64,000 bases of DNA from a virus, in IMG/VR virus record IMGVR_UViG_3300047325_000072, positions 1-64,000 of that record; one strand, given 5' to 3'. Every line of letters starts with the position of its first letter. Within the stretch, counting starts at the first letter, position 1. The notes below the pieces were generated by a model, which saw nothing but the letters and a program-made list of their open reading frames with translations, made no database searches and was not told the DNA's origin. Below are positions 46,342-56,097 of the stretch, piece by piece. The position numbers and the translations under genes were made by a program.

Positions 46342-47171
46342 ATGGGCGGCGGAGTCAACGGAGACTCGGGATAAGTCACTGTGACATTACCGCTGGTCGG
46401 ATCGGGTGGGCTTACATTGGCAGCGGGAGGATCGTCCGGGAAGGCGGCTTGATGATCGATGATGATCTGTTGCTGTTCGGGGGTTAGAGCGTTCAGCGGA
46501 TTTCCGTTATCGATCGGATTTCCTTTATCGTCAAAGATGGTTAAATTTTCAAAACCAACATCATTATTAACTGTGGTCGGGCTTGGTGATCCGGTTGCGT
46601 AGTTATTACCCCCGTTATTAGTGCCCCCGTTGCTGTCTCCCTGACCGCTAGCCGGCGCGGCCTGTACGTTACCGGATTGTGTCGAGTCTGCCCCGTTGGG
46701 GCTAGCGGTATCCTGCCCGGTTGGATTAGACGCGGTTGCCTGCGCGGTATTCGCAACAACGCGAACTTCCTGGCACCACACATTAACGATTATGAGGGTC
46801 TTACCCTGGCTTGCCGTCCGACGATAATCGTAGTGGACAAGATTAGCTGAGGGATAGCGTATCTCCGGCGTTACTACCGTAACAAGATTGAGCGACGCAA
46901 TCGCCTGCTCAATACTATTGAGAAACGCCTCGCGCGAAGCCGCAATAATGAAGCTGAGTTTCGCGATGAAAGGAACCTGAACCTTGTTATAGGACTGAAA
47001 GGCACCTTGCTCCTGGGGATAATCCGAAATCTGATAGTCGCGCGCGTAATCGACCGTGCTTACCGAGTCTGATTGTAAAATCGTATTTCCATTTTCGTCG
47101 TAGATTCCCCACTGCGGCGCCCCGAAGGCCCGCGTGACCGAGAGCGCATCGGCAAGTAGCAGGGCCGCCAC
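46338..47171 (-). CDS. Dit-like tail tube initiator/baseplate protein
   Basis: QWGIYD, DS..DY..ISDYP.EQG.F.SYNKV.P, VTPE..Y. Confidence 0.75.
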   Translation of the reverse strand: MAALLLADALSVTRAFGAPQWGIYDENGNTILQSDSVSTVDYARDYQISDYPQEQGAFQSYNKVQVPFIAKLSFIIAASREAFLNSIEQAIASLNLVTVVTPEIRYPSANLVHYDYRRTASQGKTLIIVNVWCQEVRVVANTAQATASNPTGQDTASPNGADSTQSGNVQAAPASGQGDSNGGTNNGGNNYATGSPSPTTVNNDVGFENLTIFDDKGNPIDNGNPLNALTPEQQQIIIDHQAAFPDDPPAANVSPPDPTSGNVTVTYPESPLTPPPI

Positions 47172-49214
47172 CTACTCGACGCCTGTGTTCGTGCTATAGA
47201 CATTGGCACGGATGGCGTTAGCTACTGCACCCCCGATCGCCAGGCCATCCGATCCAGGGGGAACTGTGACATTAATTCCGCCATGAAAATCAAGATCATT
47301 GTGAGTATTGCCAATTGTTGAGCCAGGAACAATAGGGTTACTATAAGATTCGTTAATACTCATTTTAGAATCATTATAGGTTTGAAGTGCTGGCCCATTT
47401 GGACCGATTGATCCTTCAGGGCCTTCAGCGCCGCGCGTTTTTCCGCTGTCGCCTCTCTCCCTTGCTAGCGCAGCGCTATAACCCGCGGAACGAGCGGTAT
47501 CCCATTGTCGAGTGGCTCGCATTGCGGCCATCGCGGCATCAATATTTCCACCTTTTAGATCTGTTAGAAGGTCTCGGCCCGTCTGCCTTTTATAGGCAAC
47601 TACAGCATTATTCCAACCAACCCGGTCCTGATTTTCAGGGGTAAAAGGCGTATCTAGTGGCAATCCCATTGCTCGGAGATTGGATCTCCAAGTAGAGGAA
47701 AGCATTTGATAGCGTCCAGCCGCATCACTAGGCCCTTCTGGCCCCGATTCGTGTATATTTGGATGCCGGCTAAAATCCGAAAAGGTTTTTCCAGGCCAAC
47801 GGGCGTTATAGGAACCATGCGACTCCGGTCCCGCGATCGTATCTAAAAACGCGCGTGCCTCCAGCGGTAAAGATCTATTAGCTGTTGTATTAGAGCTTAC
47901 AGGCCCCGAGCCTGTAGCATTTTCGGGAATTGGGGCCACCACTCTACCATTCCACCTATCCTTAATGCGCCGCCAAAAGCTACGGTTATCGGGGATAGCG
48001 AATGCTGGCCCCTCTGGACCGATTGATCCTTCAGGGTCTTCAGCGCCGCGCGTTCCTGGATCCATTCCAGTCATCCATTGGATAAGTCTAATAAGCCAAC
48101 CAAAGGATTTTCCCATCGGCGGCGGCCCGGTCCTGGGTGGTGGTTTTCCGGGAGTAATTCCAGAGAGCAATTGAGCAATCGCCATCCAGCGGTCATAGTA
48201 GTTTGTGATTGATGATATGATTTCAGTAAGCGCGTCTACAAATTGAATTATCCAAGGGTTTCCCGCAATCAATGTTTCAGTAAGACCCTTTATAGCTTCT
48301 TCAAATCGATTGATGGACTGTTGAAGAAGCTCTAACTGCTTTAGATCCGTGTCTTTCGCCGCATATGATCCCGCCCGCTGCATTTCGCTTGCGATCGCAG
48401 TACCACCTTTAGAAAGACCCGGCGCTAGCTCTCCAAAACCAATCAATCCAGCTAATTTGTAGGCTGCCGCGCCGTCCGCTCCCTCCTTTTGCATGGCGTT
48501 AGGAAGAGTTTCGGTTAAAAATTTCTCGATAGAGAAATTTTTATCCAGGAAATTAACATGAAGCTGCTGCGCTGCCAGACTGATCTCATCGGGAACTTGG
48601 CCGGTAAGCCGGTATTCCGCGATATTACCCGCCGCCTGCATAAGGGCGCCTTGCGTGGCAGCGGGATCGACATTTCCAAGAACTTTCATCGCAGCTTGGA
48701 AACGGTTTAACCATCCCGCGTTGACGTTCGCGGCATAGGCTGCGCGATTAGTCTGAGCGCCCGCAGCGGATTCGGCGCCGAGTGCCTTTAGACCGCCTTG
48801 CAAAGCCTTGATCGCGCCGAACGCCAAAAGAGCTTTGGCCCCGAGTTCGGTTATAGCCGAAACAGCCGGATCGAAATTCCGCGCCATTGAGAAGCCTGTG
48901 CGGCGCGTTTCGTCGGCGAGGTTACGATGGACCTGGCTTAATTTCGGCTGTAGCCGGGCGTAGGAGGCCGCTAGATCGTCGTTAGCTTGGGTAAGGCTTA
49001 CCCGGCGCGTAGTTGCGTATTGCTGCGCCTCGCGGCGCGCCTGCGCGATAAAGGCCGCCTCTGCCGCTGCGGCCTGTTGTAAGCGCCCGTAGTTGTCGGC
49101 TCCCTGCTCCGCAAGCTTTTGGAGAGATGCGCGCGACTGATCAAGCGCGTCCTTGACTTGGCTCGCGCCCTGAATCTGTAATTCAATGATCAGGGAGTCG
49201 ATAAGAGTGGGCAG
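47172..49214 (-). CDS. tape measure protein with lambda-type lysozyme domain; probable CTG start
   Basis: The frame is open 109 codons upstream of track ATG 48887, reading (M)PTLIDSLIIEL from a CTG 1 nt after the hub stop. Lysozyme motifs AFLD.IA..ES, AAGRYQ..TW, F.PENQD. Confidence 0.8.
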   Translation of the reverse strand: MPTLIDSLIIELQIQGASQVKDALDQSRASLQKLAEQGADNYGRLQQAAAAEAAFIAQARREAQQYATTRRVSLTQANDDLAASYARLQPKLSQVHRNLADETRRTGFSMARNFDPAVSAITELGAKALLAFGAIKALQGGLKALGAESAAGAQTNRAAYAANVNAGWLNRFQAAMKVLGNVDPAATQGALMQAAGNIAEYRLTGQVPDEISLAAQQLHVNFLDKNFSIEKFLTETLPNAMQKEGADGAAAYKLAGLIGFGELAPGLSKGGTAIASEMQRAGSYAAKDTDLKQLELLQQSINRFEEAIKGLTETLIAGNPWIIQFVDALTEIISSITNYYDRWMAIAQLLSGITPGKPPPRTGPPPMGKSFGWLIRLIQWMTGMDPGTRGAEDPEGSIGPEGPAFAIPDNRSFWRRIKDRWNGRVVAPIPENATGSGPVSSNTTANRSLPLEARAFLDTIAGPESHGSYNARWPGKTFSDFSRHPNIHESGPEGPSDAAGRYQMLSSTWRSNLRAMGLPLDTPFTPENQDRVGWNNAVVAYKRQTGRDLLTDLKGGNIDAAMAAMRATRQWDTARSAGYSAALARERGDSGKTRGAEGPEGSIGPNGPALQTYNDSKMSINESYSNPIVPGSTIGNTHNDLDFHGGINVTVPPGSDGLAIGGAVANAIRANVYSTNTGVE

Positions 49215-49215
49215 A

Positions 49216-50160
49216 CTAACCCCCCTGACCCGACCCGATGGCAGCGGCAGTTAGTGCCAGTTCCCAAGGTCCGCCAGGGGTTTCGCTCGAAAGCGAAAGA
49301 TCGATGCGGCTCGGGGTCCACTTGCCGTTAGCCGCGGCAAGTGGGATCGTCGGCGTCAAGTTAGCCTTGACCGTGACATTCGTGCCCACAGAGACAGCCG
49401 CGAGTCCCGGATCAAAGCGCGTCCTTACTCGCATCTGGTTCTTGGAAAAGGTTGGATAAGCGATCATACCAGTCGCGGCAGAAATCTCCAAATTAGCAGT
49501 AGAAGTGCGCGCTCCCGGCTTAGGCCAGACAGCCAGGACGCCCTTGGTCGTGTCAAGATAGCCATAAATGTTGGCTGCTTTCAAAAGACGAATAACCTGT
49601 GACCAGGGCGAGCCTTGGAGGTAAGGATTAGAAAGCTGAACCTTTACGCCATTATTCTCCAAAGTTAATCCGAAGGGTTTTATAACTTGTTGCAACGCGG
49701 TCGCCGCATCCGTACCACCCTTAAAAGATAAGGGAGCAACTGAGGCCATTTGAATGTTATAACCGTCCACTGAATACACGTGAAACGAAACATTTGGCTG
49801 CTGGGAAAAATTCGGCTCGGCCGCTAAGATGATACCCTTATGAACGATTACCATCCCGGTCTGATCATCTCCGGCATGGATTTCAATCGTGTTTTGCGGT
49901 CTCGTATCCCACAATAGCCCGGCATAAGAGAGTTGATTGATGTGGCTCGGCGTAAGCCCATAGATGACTGTATTCGCCGTGCCACCGGCAACCGGAGACG
50001 GAATCTTGGATATCTGCGTTGCGACGCGCAGACCGGCCAGACCGAGTTGGGAATTACCGCCCGAGTTCACGCTGGCCGTATCGAAAGAGCCATTAGCCAG
50101 CGTGAATATAACGTCTATCTTGCGCCGAGCATAAGGTGCTGTGGCAGAATTAGTTTGCAT
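49216..50160 (-). CDS. baseplate hub (gp27-like) protein
   Basis: R.IDV.F.L, GLR..I, IYGL..N.LS, AGD, G...ENNGV..L.N.Y..G, S..TGM..YP.F. Confidence 0.8.
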   Translation of the reverse strand: MQTNSATAPYARRKIDVIFTLANGSFDTASVNSGGNSQLGLAGLRVATQISKIPSPVAGGTANTVIYGLTPSHINQLSYAGLLWDTRPQNTIEIHAGDDQTGMVIVHKGIILAAEPNFSQQPNVSFHVYSVDGYNIQMASVAPLSFKGGTDAATALQQVIKPFGLTLENNGVKVQLSNPYLQGSPWSQVIRLLKAANIYGYLDTTKGVLAVWPKPGARTSTANLEISAATGMIAYPTFSKNQMRVRTRFDPGLAAVSVGTNVTVKANLTPTIPLAAANGKWTPSRIDLSLSSETPGGPWELALTAAAIGSGQGG

Positions 50161-50380
50161 TTTCCAAGGCTAATCGCTCGTTGGTGCCATCCACCGCTGC
50201 AATTTCCAACAGAGTGTAAAGATCCTCTAAACCATAGACCGTTTGAAGATCATTCAGGCTGGCGAGCCGTCTGCCGATAACGGCGCCAATGGCTCCGGTG
50301 GTGTTGGGGTAATCAATGAACTGTATTGTTGCATAACGCCGGACACCAAGGTTGAGAGGGCGCCGGCTAGAGAAAAACCC
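50150..50380 (-). other. programmed -1 frameshift and G-T type chaperone extension
   Basis: Slippery G_GGT_TTT at 50380-50374. The -1 frame is open to TAA 50152-50150 and reads ..DYPN..IGAVI..LASLNDLQTVYGLEDLY.LLE..VD..N. Confidence 0.8.
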
Positions 50381-50760
50381 GTGTGTAAACGAAATACCTC
50401 GCTGCGTAGAAAGGATATCGTAGATGCTTCCTCGATATCGTCATGTGCCTTGTCTAAAGCGCGCTCAGTGTCCGGCTTTGCCGGGTCCGGGAGGTAATGC
50501 ACGCACCCTAACATTTCCTCTAAGAGCGGGCGCGCCTGATCGTAAGGAAGATTGAAGATAGAGCGCAGACCAAGCTCTAAAAGGCCCGCTATGCCCGAGT
50601 TGGGCGGCGGCGAGGGCACTTGTACGTTGCCCGCGCCCACCGCGAGCAATGCTCGCATAGCCCAGGACTCAGCTTGAAAAGCCGACATTTCATGGAGCAC
50701 GAAGGTCTTGCCGTGATCCCGGCCGGGCTGATCTATGACGACGGTTTCAGTTTTACGCAT
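50254..50760 (-). CDS. tail assembly chaperone
   Basis: GRD.GK.F..EMSA.QAE.WA.RA, DIEE..T..LR.EV..LH.GF; follows the tube gene. Confidence 0.85.
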   Translation of the reverse strand: MRKTETVVIDQPGRDHGKTFVLHEMSAFQAESWAMRALLAVGAGNVQVPSPPPNSGIAGLLELGLRSIFNLPYDQARPLLEEMLGCVHYLPDPAKPDTERALDKAHDDIEEASTISFLRSEVFRLHTGFSLAGALSTLVSGVMQQYSSLITPTPPEPLAPLSADGSPA

Positions 50761-51219
50761 TTAGGCTAGCGGGGTATAGGTGATTGCGGGAATCGTGCCG
50801 CTCGGGAGCCATTGGATATGGAACTCTCGATTTTGGAGTACTTTCCGTGCGTCCGCGAGAGAGGAAACGCCCATCAGGGAGCCTTTGTAGCAGGTGTAGG
50901 AGCGGCTAACCGACGGCAGCCGAATATTGGCATTCGCGTAAAGAACCTCTTGCAACTGGTCCATCTGCGCAACCCAATTTTCAAAAACGATCAGGCTGGC
51001 CGAACTAGCCAGCAACCGGATCGTCATCTCCGGCGCACGAGGAATATAGCCGGCGACGCCATAGCCATCGACGCCGACCTGCGTCTCAGTCGCCGGAACC
51101 TGGCTTGTGGTAAACGCATCGTCAACCCCGAACTCTTGTATCTGCACAGGGGTCGGGTAGATAGAGTCAATACCGAGAAGCAGTACCGCGTTAGCTGAGG
51201 TTATCGTGAGTGCCATCAT
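50761..51219 (-). CDS. tail tube protein
   Basis: TITSANA, F..DD.F, GVDG..AG, L.A.S.S..F; position after the sheath. Confidence 0.8.
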   Translation of the reverse strand: MMALTITSANAVLLLGIDSIYPTPVQIQEFGVDDAFTTSQVPATETQVGVDGYGVAGYIPRAPEMTIRLLASSASLIVFENWVAQMDQLQEVLYANANIRLPSVSRSYTCYKGSLMGVSSLADARKVLQNREFHIQWLPSGTIPAITYTPLA

Positions 51220-51228
51220 AGCCTCCCT

Positions 51229-52971
51229 TTATTGAATTTCAATCGAGGCTATATTGATTTCTTGTATGGAACCTCCGTCGCAATATAGTAAAGTACAGGG
51301 AGGTGAACCACGCGCTGCTCGGACCTGTGCAGTGGCAGGCACAACTTGAAAAAGCCAACCGCGTTGAAACAAGATATCCGAGGCGTTAGGTATGTTAGTT
51401 AGGTTGCCTATTTCAGCAATCTGCGCCTGGCTTAGTTCCACTCCGGCCCGGATCGCGCCGAAGTTCACAGCAGCGTTGATCGGATCAAGAGCCGCCGCCT
51501 CGATCAGAGCATAACCGGCCTGGTTATACGGGATTGAGCCGACGTTATCGAGGAGAACCATCATTGCAAGCTGAAGTTGATTATTCAGCCATATTTGATT
51601 GACATAGCTATCTTTCCAAAGGAAAGGACCAGAGATCGCGCCGGGATACCACCAATTGAATGCCTCGTTGGCAGTGGTATAATCACCGTAAAAATTCATC
51701 CCATAGGAGATCAGGTAATTGGCGATCGTCCCGGAGAAAACCTGTGGTTGGAGTCCGGTCTGACGCTTGAATGCCTGGGTTTGGCGCCCGTTCAAGCGTG
51801 TAAAGTCTAGCGAGGCGGTCCACCCCATGCCGAAGGCTGCTAGCTGTCCGGTGGTGTCCACGCTCGGATTGACATGAATCATGTCAATGCCCGAAAGCTG
51901 GCCGCTGTTGATAAATGCGACCGGCGCTGACGGACCTCCCGAGGAAATATTGGCCGCGGAAGTGTCCCACATTTCATAAACGTAGCGATTGTTTTGGGAA
52001 TTGTTCCAGGTAGCGAACGCCTCCTTTTCGGCGTCAGTGCCCTCCCAAAGGGTCATGAACGACGCCCAATCCTGGGTAATCGCCGTTATAGAGGTCATAA
52101 ATGACCCCGGAGAGTAGGCCGCGGCGCCCGGAGAGATAACAGCGCCTAGTGCCTGCGTCATCAGCAATTGATTGGCCAGGGTACCGGAGGCATAAGTCAC
52201 CATGGAGTTATTGCCAGTTGTCGCCGAGACAATGACAAAGCCGCCCGAAATAGAGTCATAGCTGACGGCCGGCGCGTAAAGCGTCATCGCTTCGCTAGCC
52301 GCCATTTGCGACGTGCTAAGCTGATAGACACCCGTCGAGCCGGTTGTGCCGGAAATCTGCTGCACAACATAGGGCATCCCTGAGACGCCCGTTCCAGTGA
52401 CCACTGCCGCGGACGTAACCGTTCCCGATGTGACACCCGTAACCGTCATCAAGGTGCCGGAAATCGAGGCCGTAATCGTCGCAGTCGGCGTACCGGACCG
52501 AATGCCCAGCCCGGCCCCGATGATCTCCGCTGCGTTCGAAAACGACGTAGCCGCAGCCAGAGAGATCGTCGCCGTGGTAGGCGTAGGCGAGCCGTCAAAA
52601 GAAATTGAAAAAGAACCCGAATAGGTTTGAAGAGTCGCAAGGGGTACACCCGCCAGCGATGCGCCGCGCAGATAGGCCGAAACAGCCGTTTCAGCGTACT
52701 GCGCAAAAAGCAAAGACGCGGGTTTTACCGTGCTGTTGTCCGGGCCTAAGAAGTAAATGGATGCGAGTGCCGCCTCTTGGCTCATTGTGCCGAAATAACT
52801 GCCCACGTCGGTGGCGTCGGCAAAACTTAGAACCTGCCCAATCGGAGGACGCGTGTTTTGTGTCACCATCAGGCCGATCAGATCTAGGGCGTTCCCCCCG
52901 GCTGAGAGGACGGAAGGGTTGACCTGAACGATTTGTGAAGCCGGAATCGCCGGGCGAACTGAGATGCTCAA
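51229..52971 (-). CDS. tail sheath protein (DUF3383-like)
   Basis: IPAS.IV.V.P.VL.AGG, YFG..S.EA, W..F.T, NFYG.Y, W.D.Y.NQ, SIPYN..G, Y.DGGS.Q. Confidence 0.9.
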   Translation of the reverse strand: MSISVRPAIPASQIVQVNPSVLSAGGNALDLIGLMVTQNTRPPIGQVLSFADATDVGSYFGTMSQEAALASIYFLGPDNSTVKPASLLFAQYAETAVSAYLRGASLAGVPLATLQTYSGSFSISFDGSPTPTTATISLAAATSFSNAAEIIGAGLGIRSGTPTATITASISGTLMTVTGVTSGTVTSAAVVTGTGVSGMPYVVQQISGTTGSTGVYQLSTSQMAASEAMTLYAPAVSYDSISGGFVIVSATTGNNSMVTYASGTLANQLLMTQALGAVISPGAAAYSPGSFMTSITAITQDWASFMTLWEGTDAEKEAFATWNNSQNNRYVYEMWDTSAANISSGGPSAPVAFINSGQLSGIDMIHVNPSVDTTGQLAAFGMGWTASLDFTRLNGRQTQAFKRQTGLQPQVFSGTIANYLISYGMNFYGDYTTANEAFNWWYPGAISGPFLWKDSYVNQIWLNNQLQLAMMVLLDNVGSIPYNQAGYALIEAAALDPINAAVNFGAIRAGVELSQAQIAEIGNLTNIPNASDILFQRGWLFQVVPATAQVRAARGSPPCTLLYCDGGSIQEINIASIEIQ

Positions 52972-52977
52972 AGCTCT

Positions 52978-53715
52978 TTACTCCAATAACGCGTCCGCCT
53001 CGACCAGATCGATTATTACTTGATCAGCGAACTGTTGCCCGGTGCGGACAATCGGGTTGACCTGCAACACGAGGTCCATTCCCCATCGGTATTCAAATTG
53101 TTGCTCAGCGTTTATGAAGGGACGCTGCTGAGCGTCGTCGCACCATAAAGGTGCAATCGCATAGCCACTTTCCCCTAAATCATCCACTGCAATCTCAGTT
53201 CGGAAAAGTCCGACGATCGTCTGCGCTGTCCCGGCCGAGTTGGGTCCGTGAATGTCTAATTGCACTGTCCACTTCGTTTGTGTTTCATCGTTGCGCGTTC
53301 CTGCATAAAGCGTCCCGCTCGCAAGTACCTGGCTCCCGGTAACGGCATAAGCGCCAGTGCCGCCAACAACCGACCCCGATAGCTGCGTGATAACTCCGGT
53401 ATTGGCCGCTATAACCCCGACAGTGCCATCCGTAAGCGGCGCGCCGGGCTGAACCGTGCCGCGCGCCAATACAGTCACATTCATTATCGATCCGGCAATC
53501 GACGCTGTGACGATCGCATCATTGGTCGTGTAAAAATTTGTCCCGAGTCGCTCGATACGCAACGGCGTCATAACAATGAAGTCCGCGCCTTGCGGCTCCG
53601 GCACGCGATTTATCTCAGCGCGGATTACGTCCGTAGTAGACGGCACAAGGCCGATCAGCCAAGCGCGCAGCGCCGTAAATTGCTGGACCTCGGTCTCAGT
53701 TAGGTATGGAACCAA
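52978..53715 (-). CDS. neck/tail terminator protein with inserted domain
   Basis: NRVPEP, F..MTP..RL.TN, VQ.D..G, PL..DD, P..N.E.Q.E.R, LQ.NP. Confidence 0.75.
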   Translation of the reverse strand: MVPYLTETEVQQFTALRAWLIGLVPSTTDVIRAEINRVPEPQGADFIVMTPLRIERLGTNFYTTNDAIVTASIAGSIMNVTVLARGTVQPGAPLTDGTVGVIAANTGVITQLSGSVVGGTGAYAVTGSQVLASGTLYAGTRNDETQTKWTVQLDIHGPNSAGTAQTIVGLFRTEIAVDDLGESGYAIAPLWCDDAQQRPFINAEQQFEYRWGMDLVLQVNPIVRTGQQFADQVIIDLVEADALLE

Positions 53716-53716
53716 A

Positions 53717-54106
53717 TTACCCGTTATTCTGTAGCGTGCAAACTAGACGGCACCAATCGGGCCATTGTTCAGTGACCATAGCCACAAGCCATATAGTACC
53801 GAACGGGTAAACCGTGCCGTCCGCAAACACAACTAGATCCCCACCTTCGGAAGTGGGCCGATTTACACTGTTAAACTCGCCGTTGACATAAATCGCGCGG
53901 CGCTCGCCGTTTATTACCAACCCCTCGATTAGCTGCATATCCTGGTAGCTGAGCGCCTGCACCTGCGCCGTCACCGGCGTCGAGATATAAGTTGGAACCC
54001 GAGTACCATCCGAAGCCGTCACAGAACCCGATGAAACCATAATCGTCGCGGGCAGGAAAGGGTTTACTGTATTTATTGCACCCGAAACAATCTGATGAAG
54101 ATTCAT
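53717..54106 (-). CDS. head closure/adaptor protein
   Basis: MNLH.IV.GAI..VNP, QVQAL, R..GGD, WLV..V.E.WPDW. Confidence 0.75.
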   Translation of the reverse strand: MNLHQIVSGAINTVNPFLPATIMVSSGSVTASDGTRVPTYISTPVTAQVQALSYQDMQLIEGLVINGERRAIYVNGEFNSVNRPTSEGGDLVVFADGTVYPFGTIWLVAMVTEQWPDWCRLVCTLQNNG

Positions 54107-55093
54107 CTAGGCCGCCCGACGCAGAGCCGGCGCCACCCGGCCGACAGTCGCGTCAAGCACGGTGCCCAAACAAGCCTCTGGCGAAAATTTCTTTCGAAAA
54201 GCTGCGAATTGTCGCTCCCAAGCTTCCCGCCAGCGGGCGCGTGTCAGCAACGCCACGCCAATAAAATCGCTCTCCGAAGAGGTAAACTTTACCACGTCTT
54301 CCCAACCTTGGGAAAGATCGTGCGGCTCGGCGACAACGGGTCGCCCTAAGCAAAGCGCGGTGTTGCACCGTGAGGAGGAGACTAAACCCATTTCGTCAAA
54401 CTTACGAACCTGTAAAATAACCTTGGCCCGGCGCATCTGAATGTCGCGATCTATTTGCGACTTGAAGTCCATGACAACCTTTACAGCATTGCGCGTGCCG
54501 GTCGCCTTGGCGAGCTTTCGTAGCAACGCCTCGCGCCGGGGCGACATCGAGCCGTAAAAACCAAACTCGAAATCCGGAACGACTCGCGGATCGGGCCGAT
54601 AAAGGGAGGGCGCGTACCCAAGCTCCAGGTAGGCGGTCGGCGCGTATTGCGAATACCAGTCACTAACGCGCTGCCCAGGAACAAGGTGCCAAATAGCGTC
54701 CAAATATGGCGCAACCTCGCAGAACTTTTCCTGCCGTCTAACCATCTCGGGGTCTAGCCCGTGATTGAAACCCGCCTGAGTAGGTTCCTCGGTAGCCAGG
54801 CAAATAAACCGCGCTCCCCGCTCATGGGCACGACGTAGAACTTCCACGGACCAATCCGTAAAACCCTCGACAACAACATTGTAGCCCTTGTCCGCCGCCC
54901 AATAGGTAATATCCGTCTCCGGCGCAACGCCGTCTTTCCAAAGGATATCGTTTTTCGGGTCCCAAACAGCGTCATGCCCTAGCGCACGAAGTTGATGACC
55001 AATAATCCCGATTACATCCTCCAGGGAGCGTTTGCCGATAGCGTTGTGGTTAAAGAGATGGAATAAAAAATCCAAGGTCAGTTTTCTCCCCAC
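54107..55093 (-). CDS. GT-B glycosyltransferase-like protein (CgeB/GT1-like C-terminal domain)
   Basis: FGFYGSMSPRRE.LL, RD..M.RAKV.L, SSSR..AL..G..VVAE. Confidence 0.6.
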   Translation of the reverse strand: MGRKLTLDFLFHLFNHNAIGKRSLEDVIGIIGHQLRALGHDAVWDPKNDILWKDGVAPETDITYWAADKGYNVVVEGFTDWSVEVLRRAHERGARFICLATEEPTQAGFNHGLDPEMVRRQEKFCEVAPYLDAIWHLVPGQRVSDWYSQYAPTAYLELGYAPSLYRPDPRVVPDFEFGFYGSMSPRREALLRKLAKATGTRNAVKVVMDFKSQIDRDIQMRRAKVILQVRKFDEMGLVSSSRCNTALCLGRPVVAEPHDLSQGWEDVVKFTSSESDFIGVALLTRARWREAWERQFAAFRKKFSPEACLGTVLDATVGRVAPALRRAA

Positions 55094-56097
55094 TTAGCAA
55101 CGTAGGCGGCGCGCAACCGAACGACAACAGCGGCTTGAAGAGCCTCTGCCGCGGTCTTCTCTATTGAGTTGCCCGCAACACTCTCTGTCCAAAACGTAGT
55201 TTCCAACCAGTGACGATTCCACTCGTCGCCGTAATCGTGCATTGCACGGACCATTCTTTCCTCGTCCGTCTCCTCACGATCCGGGTCGCGCCAAGGGTTT
55301 TCCGATGTATTGCTGGTTTCGATACCCGACATCATAAGCTCGGCTGATGATGTGACGAGCTTTACTTGCTCTAAGGAGCTAAGCGCGCGACGCGCGAGAT
55401 CCTGGTCTGCGCCTCCCTCGCACCGCACGGGACCGTCGGGCACGTCGGGATAAACGAACAAAGTCCGTAGGTGAAAGCCTTGCGACCCGTAAGCGTCCAG
55501 GCTCGCCGTTGAGCGTGATAATGTCCATCCCTCGCCGTCCGGCGGCGGCATCGCGCCGCGCATAAGCCCCAGGTGCCAGCGCGAAAGCTCAACGGGCGAA
55601 ACGTCGATGATACCGCCCGCAAGGTAGTAATTAGCGACGCGCGCACGCAACTCCGGCTGTAGCCGATAGCCTAAGTGCAGCACTGCGCGGTAGCCCGCGG
55701 CGCAGGCCGCAACAATAGTTGTGCCGACCGTGTTTCCGGCAACCTCGTCGGCGCAAAGCGGCACAAAACCCGCGTCCATTTCGTAGGCAAGTGCAAGCCC
55801 GAAATTGTGGCACTCCTTCATCGCCGTGCCGCCGCCGCGCTCGCCGAAGTTTGCCTCCATCCGCGACCCCATGTCGATGATATGTATTTCCGCATAGCGG
55901 GCAGCGGCTTGTAAGGCGGGCGCACGGCGTAGCGTCTTAGCGTCGCCGGAAACCGTGTAGAGCACTAAACGCACCGGGCCTAGGGTAGCCAGGGTCGGCA
56001 AATTATTATGCGCCAGCAGCGACGGCAGAAGGCAGGATAGAGCGTGCGCAACATAAGTCTGCCCCCAGACGGGGAGGGCTAGGACCAAGCCGTTCAC
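55078..56097 (-). CDS. glycosyltransferase-like hypothetical protein (GT-A-like N-terminus)
   Basis: LALPVWG..YV..LPSLLA..NLP, LVLYT..D, FVPLCAD; assignment tentative. Confidence 0.45.
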   Translation of the reverse strand: MNGLVLALPVWGQTYVAHALSCLLPSLLAHNNLPTLATLGPVRLVLYTVSGDAKTLRRAPALQAAARYAEIHIIDMGSRMEANFGERGGGTAMKECHNFGLALAYEMDAGFVPLCADEVAGNTVGTTIVAACAAGYRAVLHLGYRLQPELRARVANYYLAGGIIDVSPVELSRWHLGLMRGAMPPPDGEGWTLSRSTASLDAYGSQGFHLRTLFVYPDVPDGPVRCEGGADQDLARRALSSLEQVKLVTSSAELMMSGIETSNTSENPWRDPDREETDEERMVRAMHDYGDEWNRHWLETTFWTESVAGNSIEKTAAEALQAAVVVRLRAAYVAKWGEN

